Below, piece after piece: positions 37,925 through 46,525 of a DNA stretch of 64,000 bases. Below the pieces are notes generated by a model. It did not search any database. It was not told the DNA's origin and was given only the letters and a program-made list of their open reading frames with translations. Numbering within the stretch: the stretch's first letter is position 1; each line of letters begins with the position of its first letter. The position numbers and the translations under genes were made by a program. This stretch comes from Burkholderiales bacterium (GTDB lineage: Bacteria > Pseudomonadota > Gammaproteobacteria > Burkholderiales > Burkholderiaceae_B), in contig JAJTDO010000010.1 in the NCBI GenBank assembly GCA_021300475.1, positions 6,533 through 70,532 of the forward strand, in the 5' to 3' direction.

Positions 37925-38881
37925 TCAGACCGACTCTACTGTCGCATCTTCCTTCTTGATCGGCTTGATCAGATCCTCGCGGCTGACACCCAACCAAATA
38001 ACGATAGGACTGGCTACCAGCACGGAAGAATAAATACCGAAAAGAATACCGATGGTCAGCGCCAAGGCAAAGTAGTGCAAAGTGGGGCCACCGAAGATTA
38101 GCATTGAAGTGACCATCAACTGAGTAGACCCGTGCGTAATGATGGTTCTTGAAATTGTGCTGGTGATGGCGTGGTTCACTACCTGCGGAACCGTCAGGTT
38201 TCTTGCCTTTCTGAACACCTCACGAATTCGGTCGAACACCACCACCGATTCGTTTACAGAGTAGCCCAAGACCGCAAGCACCGCCGCAAGCACGGACAAT
38301 GAAAATTCCCACTGAAAAAATGCGAAAAACCCCAAAATGATGATCACATCGTGCAAGTTGGCAATGATGGCCGCTACCGCAAATTTCCACTCAAAACGTA
38401 CTGCCAAGTAAACCATGATGCCGAAAATAACCAAGCCCAGCGCAATGGCACCGTCATTGGCCAACTCCTTGCCCACCTGCGGACCAATGAACTCAACGCG
38501 GGTCACTTTCGGCGCATCGCCGCCGGCAGAAAGCACCTCGGAGCCCAACTTTGCAATGTCCAGCTTGCCGTCGGTGGAGATGGAAGGCAGCGATGCATCT
38601 TTTACCGCCAGTCGCAGCATAACGTCGCGGGAAGTACCGAAATTTTGTACTTGTGGCTCACCAACGCCTGCGCGCAACAATGCAGAGCGCAATTTTTCAA
38701 GCTCGGCCGCCTGCTGGTATTGCGCCTCAACCACCACACCACCGGTGAATTCGATGCTGAAATTCAACCCGCGTGAGACCAGAAAAAATACCGCCAGCAA
38801 AAAGGTGATGAAGGAAATTGCGTTGAAAATAAACGCACGTTTCATGAAGTCGACATCGCGACTGATTCTAAAAAATTCCAT
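37925..38881 (-). CDS. secF: protein translocase subunit SecF
   Basis: The 318-aa product has FSIEFTGG, GPQVGKEL and the SecD/F membrane domain. It follows secD. Confidence 0.95.
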   Translation of the reverse strand: MEFFRISRDVDFMKRAFIFNAISFITFLLAVFFLVSRGLNFSIEFTGGVVVEAQYQQAAELEKLRSALLRAGVGEPQVQNFGTSRDVMLRLAVKDASLPSISTDGKLDIAKLGSEVLSAGGDAPKVTRVEFIGPQVGKELANDGAIALGLVIFGIMVYLAVRFEWKFAVAAIIANLHDVIIILGFFAFFQWEFSLSVLAAVLAVLGYSVNESVVVFDRIREVFRKARNLTVPQVVNHAITSTISRTIITHGSTQLMVTSMLIFGGPTLHYFALALTIGILFGIYSSVLVASPIVIWLGVSREDLIKPIKKEDATVESV

Positions 38882-38900
38882 GTGTCTGTCTCCTCAGCGC

Positions 38901-40790
38901 TTAACCACGACCCGCAGTGCCTTTGGCGGCTCCGGGAATCCACACTTGTCCAATGGACAGTGAAGTCAGTTTCTTTTGACGACCATACCAAAGATTGACC
39001 GCTGCACGCGACACAACCACCGATGAGAAAATTGAAGTCATGATGCCCAGACAATGCACCACGGCAAAGCCGCGAACAGCACCGGAACCAAACACCAGCA
39101 ATGCCAGACCCGCAATCAGGGTGGTGACGTTGGAGTCAAGGATGGTGGCCCAGGCGCGGTCGTAACCGGCAAAAATGGCGGCTTGTGGATTGACCCCGGC
39201 GCGCAACTCTTCGCGTATGCGTTCATTAATAAGCACGTTGGCGTCAATGGCCATACCCAAAGTCAGCGCAATGGCTGCAAAACCGGGCAAGGTCAGGGTG
39301 GCCTGCAACAAGGAGAGCATGGCCACAAGCAGCAGCAGGTTGGTGGCCAAGGCAAACACCGAGAAAATACCGAACAAGGTGTAGTAGGCAATCATGAAAA
39401 TGGACAAGGCCGTGAAACCATAGAGGGTTGAATTGAAGCCCTTTGCAATATTTTCAGCGCCAAGGCTGGGGCCGATGGTGCGCTCTTCAATAATGTCCAT
39501 GGGTGCAGCCAGCGAACCGGCGCGCAACAGCAAAGCGGTGTCCGCCGCTTCTGTGGTGGTCATACTACCGGAAATTTGAACACGTCCACCGCTGATTTCC
39601 CCGAGAATCTTCGGTGCGGTGACCACTTCACCCTTGCCTTTTTCGATCAACAAAATGGCCATGCGCTTGCCCACGCTTTCGCGGGTTACATCGCGAAAAA
39701 TGCGGGCACCTTTAGCGTCCAGCGTGAGGTGAACGGCGGGCTGGTTTTGTGAATCGAAACCGGCTTGCGCGTCAGTCAGGTTTTCACCCGTCAGAATCAC
39801 TTGCTTTTTCAGCAACAGGGGCGAACCGCCCCGCTCGGTGAATTTTTCAAGGCCGAAAGGCACGCCGCCAGACGCCAGCGCAGCAGCGGCTTCAGCACTC
39901 TCATCGACCATGCGGACTTCCAGCGTGGCGGTGCGCCCCAGAATGTCTTTGGCCTTGGCGGTGTCTTGAACGCCGGGCAACTGAACCACAATGCGGTCTG
40001 CGCCCTGCTGTTGAATGATGGGTTCTGCAACACCGAGTTCATTGATGCGGTTGTGCAGCGTAGTGATGTTTTGCTTCAGCGCATATTCCTGGGCACGCTT
40101 GAAGGCATCCGGCTTGAAGTTGGCCACCAGTTTGACGCCTTCGGCGTCTGGTACTTCCTGCAACAGGAGGTCGGGCAGCGCATTGGTAATTTCAGAGCGC
40201 GACTTGTTGAGGGTGTCGGCATCCTTGAAGCGCAGTTCCAGGGTGTCTTCCACCCGGTTCAGGCTGGCCATGCGCAAGGATTTGTCGCGCAGCAATTGCC
40301 TGATGTCGGCCGCCACACTGTCCAGGCGTTTTTGCCCGGCCTGCTTCATGTCCACTTGCAACAAAAAGTGGACGCCACCGCGCAAATCCAGCCCCAAATA
40401 CATGGGTAAAGCGTGAATGGCGGTTAGCCAGGAAGGCGAGCGCGACAAAAGGTTGAGTGCCACCACGAAACGCTCATCGCCCAAATCAGGGTTCAAGCCC
40501 CTTTGCAGGGTGTCGCGGGCTTTGATCTGGTCGTCTGTGGTGGTGAACCGCAATTTGAAAGTGCCACCGCCTGCAGTCGCCTCAAAAAATACAGCGTCCG
40601 GCTTGACGCCGCCCTGGGTCAGCAAATCTTCCAGGCGCGGCTTTAGGCCGGGGTCTATTTTCAGCGTGGATTTAGCGCTGGAAACCTGAACAGCAGGGGC
40701 CTCGCCAAAAAAATTGGGCAGTGTATACAAAAAGGCCAGTATCAGCGCCAATGCAACAACGCCGTATTTCCAAAGTGGGTAGCGGTTCAT
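38901..40790 (-). CDS. secD: protein translocase subunit SecD
   Basis: The 629-aa product opens MNRYPLWKY and has LGLDLRGGVHFLL, GPSLGAENI and the C-terminal SecD/F membrane domain. Confidence 0.95.
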   Translation of the reverse strand: MNRYPLWKYGVVALALILAFLYTLPNFFGEAPAVQVSSAKSTLKIDPGLKPRLEDLLTQGGVKPDAVFFEATAGGGTFKLRFTTTDDQIKARDTLQRGLNPDLGDERFVVALNLLSRSPSWLTAIHALPMYLGLDLRGGVHFLLQVDMKQAGQKRLDSVAADIRQLLRDKSLRMASLNRVEDTLELRFKDADTLNKSRSEITNALPDLLLQEVPDAEGVKLVANFKPDAFKRAQEYALKQNITTLHNRINELGVAEPIIQQQGADRIVVQLPGVQDTAKAKDILGRTATLEVRMVDESAEAAAALASGGVPFGLEKFTERGGSPLLLKKQVILTGENLTDAQAGFDSQNQPAVHLTLDAKGARIFRDVTRESVGKRMAILLIEKGKGEVVTAPKILGEISGGRVQISGSMTTTEAADTALLLRAGSLAAPMDIIEERTIGPSLGAENIAKGFNSTLYGFTALSIFMIAYYTLFGIFSVFALATNLLLLVAMLSLLQATLTLPGFAAIALTLGMAIDANVLINERIREELRAGVNPQAAIFAGYDRAWATILDSNVTTLIAGLALLVFGSGAVRGFAVVHCLGIMTSIFSSVVVSRAAVNLWYGRQKKLTSLSIGQVWIPGAAKGTAGRG

Positions 40791-40803
40791 GGTTTACAAA
40801 CAC

Positions 40804-41139
40804 TCAAATGGACTTCAGGGTGCCTTTTGGCAAAACAGCCGCAACGGCCGAGCGCTGAACACTGATTTCAACAGACTTTTCACCCACTGTTGCAACTTCC
40901 AGGGTGACGTAACTGTCTCCGGCTTTGGTAATGCGACCCAACAAACCGCCTGCGGCCAACACTTCATCGCCCTTTTGCAAACCTTCCAGCAAGGCCTTGT
41001 GCTCTTTTTGACGCTTCATCTGGGGGCGGATCATCAGGAAATACATGACACCGAACATAAGCACCAGCGGCAGAAAACTCATCAAACCTTCGGTGCCGCC
41101 AAGGGCTGCAGTCTGCGCGTACGCGGGGGAAATAAACAC
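40804..41139 (-). CDS. yajC: preprotein translocase subunit YajC
   Basis: The 111-aa product has LPLVLMFGVMYFLMIRPQMKRQKEHKALLEGLQKGDEV. Confidence 0.93.
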   Translation of the reverse strand: MFISPAYAQTAALGGTEGLMSFLPLVLMFGVMYFLMIRPQMKRQKEHKALLEGLQKGDEVLAAGGLLGRITKAGDSYVTLEVATVGEKSVEISVQRSAVAAVLPKGTLKSI

Positions 41140-41189
41140 AATCTCTCCAAAACAAGAATGGGCAAAGCCCTGTCAATCACAATCGGGAT

Positions 41190-41420
41190 GCCGGCGAGTA
41201 TACACTGACGAGTCAAGTGAACTACTCGGGGCTAAAGCACCCGAGCTTCCAACTGCCGTTTTAGGCAGCCTTCTTTTTTGACAAGCCACTCGTTGCACCC
41301 AAGGCCTTAGCCTTGACCGTCTTACAGGAGTTTACCGATTTATCGACGCTTGCCCTTAGCTTAAGCACGTTTTTATGTGTGCCTGCTAACTCAGTCCCTG
41401 AGTTTAAAATTAAATTGATT
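41190..41420 (-). ncRNA. predicted omega-RNA (TnpB guide RNA) region: tnpB 3' end plus right-end hairpins; extent approximate
   Basis: This is inferred from the known TnpB architecture. Structured elements present are the hairpin ctgcc-gtttta-ggcag over the stop codon (41251-41268) and the right-end (RE) hairpin at 41225-41245. No direct evidence of transcription exists. Confidence 0.35.
41225..41245 (-). repeat. IS right-end subterminal hairpin
   Basis: ctcggg-gctaaagca-cccgag forms a perfect 6-bp stem. The near-identical motif at 42695-42715 is in the same orientation. Confidence 0.75.
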
Positions 41421-42643
41421 GCTCTTTTCCGAATGACTAAAGCTGCATTGTGATCTGCGTTGTCCGCATGTCCACAGCTTTGGCATTTGAAGTCAGATTG
41501 GCTTATCCGATTGCTCGGGTGAATGTGGCCGCAATGAGCACATTCCTGATTTGTGTGGTGGGGCGCTACTTTGAACAATGGCTTGTCGGCCATTCTCATC
41601 TTATAGGTTAGCAATTGCTCGAACTGGTACAAGCCTACGCCAAGCAAGGCTTTGTTTAAACCCGATTTTGCACGAGTACCGTTTTTTAACCATTTGCCTG
41701 TAATTTCGCAGACCTTAGGCTTGGCTCTTTTGGTCATGTTCTTTAAGTTCAGGTCTTCCAAGACAATCACCTTGGAATTATTAGCCAATGCGCGTGTGGT
41801 TTGATGCCAAAAGTTGGTTCGAACTTCCTTGTCTTTTTCTCTGAGCTTGGCAATCCGCTGCAATGTGCGCTTACGCTGGTTTGATCCTTTAACCTGACGT
41901 GCAGCTTTTCTCTGATATCGCTTAACGAGTTTATCGCGCCAAGCAAATTTCCGTTTCGAGGCCGCGTCCAGAGCGTAAATCGCATTGTGCGTGTGCAGTG
42001 GCTTGGCCACCCCCCTATCGACTGGTGTAATCAACTCCGCCAGGGTTGGCGCATCAAGTGTTCTAAGGTAAGTCAAGTGCGCTGAGTTAGAGACTTCCTG
42101 ATGCAACACGCCATCGTCATAGCTAAACGCCAAACTCCAGCCTGCGTTCGTTTTTCGTATCCATATTGATTTGGGCGATTGCGCAGGAATTCTGGATTTA
42201 TTCCACTTGATGCTAAGCGTGCCCGCAGGGTTGGCTTTGGTGCCAAGTTCTAAATGACAGACATCGTTTATCCACTGAATACGGAATAATTCTGATGTAA
42301 GCCAAACGTAGTTGCCTTTGACTTTTGGTTTGCGGGAAGGCCTACCACCAACCCCTCTAAAGAAGGATTGGTAGGCCTGACACCAAATCGTTGCCGAGTT
42401 TCGCAGAATCTGAGAAGGGCATTCAGACAGGAATGGCGTGAGCTCAGTTTTAAACTGGCTGTACGTTTGGTCTGGTTTCGGCCAAGTGCCCACAGGCAGA
42501 TACTTTCTGGCGTATGTACGAAGGTATTTGTCTTCGTCGCACTTGGCGTTGTAGATGACACGGGCGCAACCTATCCACTGGCTTAGTGTTTCTGCCAGAA
42601 CTGCATCGGGGTGGAATTTGGTTTTAATACCGGTGATTGCCAT
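41261..42643 (-). CDS. tnpB: TnpB (IS200/IS605-family OrfB) RNA-guided endonuclease-like protein
   Basis: The 460-aa product has RuvC-I ITPVDRGV, RuvC-II VIVLEDLNL, a zinc ribbon (CAHCGH..CQSCGH) and RuvC-III ADNADHNAALVI. The N-terminal region is typical of OrfB_IS605. Confidence 0.9.
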   Translation of the reverse strand: MAITGIKTKFHPDAVLAETLSQWIGCARVIYNAKCDEDKYLRTYARKYLPVGTWPKPDQTYSQFKTELTPFLSECPSQILRNSATIWCQAYQSFFRGVGGRPSRKPKVKGNYVWLTSELFRIQWINDVCHLELGTKANPAGTLSIKWNKSRIPAQSPKSIWIRKTNAGWSLAFSYDDGVLHQEVSNSAHLTYLRTLDAPTLAELITPVDRGVAKPLHTHNAIYALDAASKRKFAWRDKLVKRYQRKAARQVKGSNQRKRTLQRIAKLREKDKEVRTNFWHQTTRALANNSKVIVLEDLNLKNMTKRAKPKVCEITGKWLKNGTRAKSGLNKALLGVGLYQFEQLLTYKMRMADKPLFKVAPHHTNQECAHCGHIHPSNRISQSDFKCQSCGHADNADHNAALVIRKRAINLILNSGTELAGTHKNVLKLRASVDKSVNSCKTVKAKALGATSGLSKKKAA

Positions 42644-42694
42644 ACTGGTATTACAATCAGCTTTTTAGGTTTTAATCAGATTTTAGCCGCTTGA

Positions 42695-42715
42695 CTCGGA
42701 GCTGAAGCACCTGAG
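42695..42715 (-). repeat. IS left-end subterminal hairpin
   Basis: ctcgga-gctgaagca-cctgag forms a 5-bp stem that includes a G-T pair. It is the counterpart of the right-end hairpin. Confidence 0.7.
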
Positions 42716-42760
42716 ATTGCGCGGCTATTTGTTCAATGGATGACAGGCAAGGAGCGTTAA

Positions 42761-43309
42761 ATGGAAAACCCGACACCCGACCGTATTGAGGAGGCGACCC
42801 TGGGGGGCGGCTGTTTTTGGTGCATCGAGGCCGTCTTTAACCGCTTGAAGGGCGTGATTCTTGCAGAATCCGGTTACAGCGGCGGTGCGAATCCGAACCC
42901 AAGCTATGAACAGGTGTGCTCCGGGCGCAGCGGACACGTGGAAGTGGTCAGAATACGTTTCAGGCCCGATGAAATTCCGTTTTCTGAAATTCTGGACATT
43001 TTTTTCACCTTGCACGACCCCACAACACTGAACCGGCAAGGCAATGATTCGGGCACTCAGTACAGGTCGGTTATTTTTTACCACGATGAGCAGCAAAAAC
43101 AGCAGGCGCAACAGGTGCTGGAAAACATACAACCCCATTTCCGCAACCCGGTGGTGACGGCCCTTGAACCGCTAAAAAACTACTATGCGGCGGAAAAATA
43201 CCACCAAGGGTATTTTGATCAGAACCCTGACCAACCCTATTGCATGTTTGTGGTGGCACCTAAGGTGGAAAAAGCCGAGAAAGTGTTCAAGGATCAGTTA
43301 AAAGTTTAA
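42761..43309 (+). CDS. msrA: peptide-methionine (S)-S-oxide reductase
   Basis: It has the active-site segment ATLGGGCFWCIEAVF, plus GHVEVVRIRF and YHQGYF. AAGGAG lies upstream of the start. Confidence 0.95.
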   Translation: MENPTPDRIEEATLGGGCFWCIEAVFNRLKGVILAESGYSGGANPNPSYEQVCSGRSGHVEVVRIRFRPDEIPFSEILDIFFTLHDPTTLNRQGNDSGTQYRSVIFYHDEQQKQQAQQVLENIQPHFRNPVVTALEPLKNYYAAEKYHQGYFDQNPDQPYCMFVVAPKVEKAEKVFKDQLKV

Positions 43310-43339
43310 ATCGCGGCAGCATTACACCACGGCAGCGCG

Positions 43340-43993
43340 TTACTGCAATTTGAAGCGGTTGTCGCTGCCGAACAGGAAAGTGATGATGACGACCGAGGCC
43401 TTGGGGGTGGGACTGGGCAGCAGGGGCGTGCTGCGTTCAACAGCCGACTTTGCGGCCTCAACAAACTCAGGCGCCTCACTGGGCTTTATGACAGTGATTC
43501 TCGGCTTGCCTTCCTGACCCACCCGCAAGCGCAACACCACTTTGTCTTTGGCCGGGCTCGTAAGGCGAGCAACCACCATGTTGGCGTTGGCGGCTTCGAT
43601 GCTGTCAATGAGCGCTAGCCGGTACCCATTAAGCGCAGAGTCGTTCTCCGGCTCTTTTTTCTTTTCCTTGGTTTCTTTGGTGTTTTGCGCTTGAGTGCTG
43701 GCCTCAATGCGCCTTGGCACTGCCCTGGCCGGGTAGGACATGGAGGAGGTCGCAACCGGTTTGGCAGACGCAGACGATTCTTGCGCCGGCGGTTTGACTG
43801 CCGCAGTGGCCGGCATTTCCTTGGGGTACCGTTCTTCGGCTTTTTCGCCAACGGCAGGCCCTTTTGAAAAATAGCTGCCACAACCCGACAAGGTGCCAGA
43901 CAAAGCAGCAGACAAAGCGAACGCACACATCAGCCCCTTGGAGAAATAAAGGGCGGTGCCTGAATGCAGCAGGGGTGGTGTGTTTTTGTTCAA
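43340..43993 (-). CDS. lipoprotein, hypothetical (C-terminal TonB_C-like fold possible)
   Basis: It has the lipobox LSGC, a Pro/Ala/Ser/Lys-rich linker and a C-terminal segment of about 80 aa (LRLRVGQEGKPRITVIKPSEAPEFVEAAKSAV). Confidence 0.5.
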   Translation of the reverse strand: MNKNTPPLLHSGTALYFSKGLMCAFALSAALSGTLSGCGSYFSKGPAVGEKAEERYPKEMPATAAVKPPAQESSASAKPVATSSMSYPARAVPRRIEASTQAQNTKETKEKKKEPENDSALNGYRLALIDSIEAANANMVVARLTSPAKDKVVLRLRVGQEGKPRITVIKPSEAPEFVEAAKSAVERSTPLLPSPTPKASVVIITFLFGSDNRFKLQ

Positions 43994-44805
43994 GTTACAG
44001 GATCTCCCATCGGCGAATCGCTTCGTGTCAGTATTTGTTCAATGGCCCAGCCCGCCATCAGCATACCCATGCTGGCTGTTGTTGTAACCACTGAACCGTA
44101 ACCGGCACAACTCAAACCTGCGGTGGCGTCGCAATTTTCCGAGCGCTTCACGGGTTCATCCGAGAACACGCAGGCCACCTTCATTTTGCGGGTGGGCTTC
44201 ATTTCAAAGCGGTGCTTATAGCGCAACTCATAGCGGATTTTAGCCAGCAAGGGGTCTTGGCTGGTAAAGGCCAGGTCGGTCAGTTGAAGGCGAGATGCCT
44301 GCAATTTACCGCCCGCGCTGCCCGCCATAATGAAAGGCGTGTTGTACGTGCGACAAAAGACAGTGAGTGCGATTTTGGTGATTCGGTGATCACAACAGTC
44401 CAGCACGGCGTCGGCCAGAAGTCGCTGCTGCCCCGATGCATCTTCAATGCGGGGAAACAAGTCCGGTAGATTAGCAGGGCTTGCGAAATCATCAATGCAA
44501 GTCACCCGACAAAGCGGTGCAAAGGCAGCGATTCGCTCCCTCATGGCAGTGATCTTGGCCATGCCAAAGGTGTGATCTGTGGCATGAACCTGTCGGTTCA
44601 CATTGGACACGGCCACATGGTCCATGTCGATCAGCACCAAATGGCCCACGCCTGTTCTGGCCAACGCCTCTGCGGCCCAGGAGCCCACACCGCCTATGCC
44701 CACGATCACCACGGTGGCTGCAGTGAGCTTGTTCAGGGAGCCGTCTCCGGCCAAGCGGTTGATGGCGGAGAAGCGGCGCTCTTGCAATGCTGGCGAATCA
44801 CTCAT
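43990..44805 (-). CDS. tcdA: tRNA threonylcarbamoyladenosine dehydratase (ThiF/E1-like)
   Basis: The 271-aa product has the nucleotide-binding loop VVIVGIGGVGSWAAEALARTGVG and the segment LIDMDHV. Confidence 0.82.
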   Translation of the reverse strand: MSDSPALQERRFSAINRLAGDGSLNKLTAATVVIVGIGGVGSWAAEALARTGVGHLVLIDMDHVAVSNVNRQVHATDHTFGMAKITAMRERIAAFAPLCRVTCIDDFASPANLPDLFPRIEDASGQQRLLADAVLDCCDHRITKIALTVFCRTYNTPFIMAGSAGGKLQASRLQLTDLAFTSQDPLLAKIRYELRYKHRFEMKPTRKMKVACVFSDEPVKRSENCDATAGLSCAGYGSVVTTTASMGMLMAGWAIEQILTRSDSPMGDPVT

Positions 44806-45916
44806 CGAGGTCTATGACACCCACGGCCACGGAGACTTCTTGATCGCCCCGCAATACAGTCAGGTTGGTGCCGTTACCCAGACCCACAGCCTCCAGGGCG
44901 CGCGCCAGTTGGGCGGCATTGCTCACAGACTTGCCACCCACCGCCACAATCACATCACCCATCAAACCGCGCTCCAAATCAAACGGTATCAGACCGGCGC
45001 GCTCGGCCGGGCTGCCGGGTTGCACACCCAAAACCGCCACACCCCGGATACCCATGCGCCCGGTCAGGCTGCCATCGTCGGTGGTGATGCCGATGCCCAG
45101 ACGGGGCACACGGCCGCGTTCAATGAGCCGCGGCACAATGTTATTGACCAAGTCGACGGGAATTGCGAACCCAACGCCAGAGGAACTGCCCGATTGCGAC
45201 AAAATCGCGGTGTTGACGCCTATCAGCCTGCCGGCAGAGTCAAGCAGCGGCCCACCTGAATTGCCGGGGTTGATGGCAGCATCGGTTTGAACCACACCCG
45301 CGATTTCTCGACCGTTGTTGGTGGGCAAAGTACGCTCCAAGGCGCTGACAATGCCCTGGGTCAGGGTTTTAGACAGGCCAAACGGGTTGCCGATGGCAAA
45401 CACCGACTGCCCTACTTTCAAATCGGCCGAAGACCCCAGCGGTATGGGCCTGAGTTCTGGCGGTCGATTAACAAGGCGCACCACCGCCAGATCATAGGCA
45501 GAGGCAGCGCCCACCAACTTGGCTTGGTAGGTTTTGCCGTTGTCCATCTGAACCTGAATTTTCGTGGCGCCGGCCACCACATGGGCATTGGTAACAATGT
45601 GGCCATTTTCATCCCAGACAAATCCGCTGCCCGCGCCCTCCTGTACCCGTTTGCGCAAAAACCCGCGCTCCACGCTTTCAGTGAACAAATACACCACAGA
45701 AGGCTTGGAAACTTCGAACAGTTCAATGACGGAGCGCTCTGTACCGGACAAATCGCCGCGGGGCGAGACCAGACGGGGCGCAGCCGGTTCGGGCAGGGGC
45801 AATTTCTTGAACTGCAACCAACCGCCGTCAAACAGCAGGAACAAGGCCGCTGCAATTAACAGCAGCGCAAAAAAGCCTGGCAATATGCCGCCAAGCTGGC
45901 GATTCTTATTCATCAT
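44798..45916 (-). CDS. S1C-family (HtrA/DegP-like) serine protease with one PDZ domain
   Basis: The catalytic triad context is present: TNAHVV (His), YDLAVV (Asp) and GNSGGPLL (Ser). It has an N-terminal TM anchor and a C-terminal PDZ domain (GVAVLGVQPGSPAERAGL). Confidence 0.87.
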   Translation of the reverse strand: MMNKNRQLGGILPGFFALLLIAAALFLLFDGGWLQFKKLPLPEPAAPRLVSPRGDLSGTERSVIELFEVSKPSVVYLFTESVERGFLRKRVQEGAGSGFVWDENGHIVTNAHVVAGATKIQVQMDNGKTYQAKLVGAASAYDLAVVRLVNRPPELRPIPLGSSADLKVGQSVFAIGNPFGLSKTLTQGIVSALERTLPTNNGREIAGVVQTDAAINPGNSGGPLLDSAGRLIGVNTAILSQSGSSSGVGFAIPVDLVNNIVPRLIERGRVPRLGIGITTDDGSLTGRMGIRGVAVLGVQPGSPAERAGLIPFDLERGLMGDVIVAVGGKSVSNAAQLARALEAVGLGNGTNLTVLRGDQEVSVAVGVIDLDE

Positions 45917-46525
45917 TCAAACAATGGGAGTGGCAATAAAATCAAACTGCGCTGGCAAGTCGCAACGCAAGCAAGGTTGCGCTTGCAACGTGACTGGCGG
46001 GGGCGTGACTTGGGCAACCGGATCCAGTGTCCAGTCGTCGGCCACGCAACTCTCTGCTGAAGGCAAGGCCCACGGAGCCCGCAGCGTCCAGCGGTCTTCT
46101 TCGGTTTCAGTGAGGTACTGGCTGAGGGCCTCAATGTCAGTGCCCAGCAAAAGCCCCGGTCCTACGGGCGTCTGAAAAATGAAATTGCCCTCTTCATCCA
46201 AGAACATAGCACTGGGCAGTGTGGCGGTGCGGGTGTGGGAAAGCAGGCAAACCCCGGATTCAACCGGGTGCAGGCCGAACACCCAAGGGGTGTACTCCAA
46301 GTTCACAAACACCTTTTGCGGACCGTTTTGAAAATACCAACGACCTTGCGGGTCGGCTGCGTAGTTTCTGTCAATAAAACGGCGCATGTTGCGGTGAGAA
46401 ATTTTTAAACCTGAGGCGACCTCGCCAATCAGCAGCCACTCGCCCCTGGAAGACAACTTCAACCAACCGGCAATAGAGGGCACATTGGGCCACCTAGCCA
46501 ACGCTTGATTGACCAGATCATCCAT
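45917..46525 (-). CDS. conserved hypothetical protein
   Basis: It is a 202-aa ORF abutting the protease gene start and overlapping the upstream hydrolase gene by 8 nt, which suggests an operon. I recognise no motif. Confidence 0.5.
   Translation of the reverse strand: MDDLVNQALARWPNVPSIAGWLKLSSRGEWLLIGEVASGLKISHRNMRRFIDRNYAADPQGRWYFQNGPQKVFVNLEYTPWVFGLHPVESGVCLLSHTRTATLPSAMFLDEEGNFIFQTPVGPGLLLGTDIEALSQYLTETEEDRWTLRAPWALPSAESCVADDWTLDPVAQVTPPPVTLQAQPCLRCDLPAQFDFIATPIV

Larger units (their letters stand above)
41205..42735 (-). mobile_element. IS200/IS605-family element of the tnpB-only (IS1341-like) type; boundaries approximate
   Basis: tnpB is flanked by matching subterminal hairpins. No tnpA is present. 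The element lies in the intergenic space between yajC and msrA. Confidence 0.75.
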
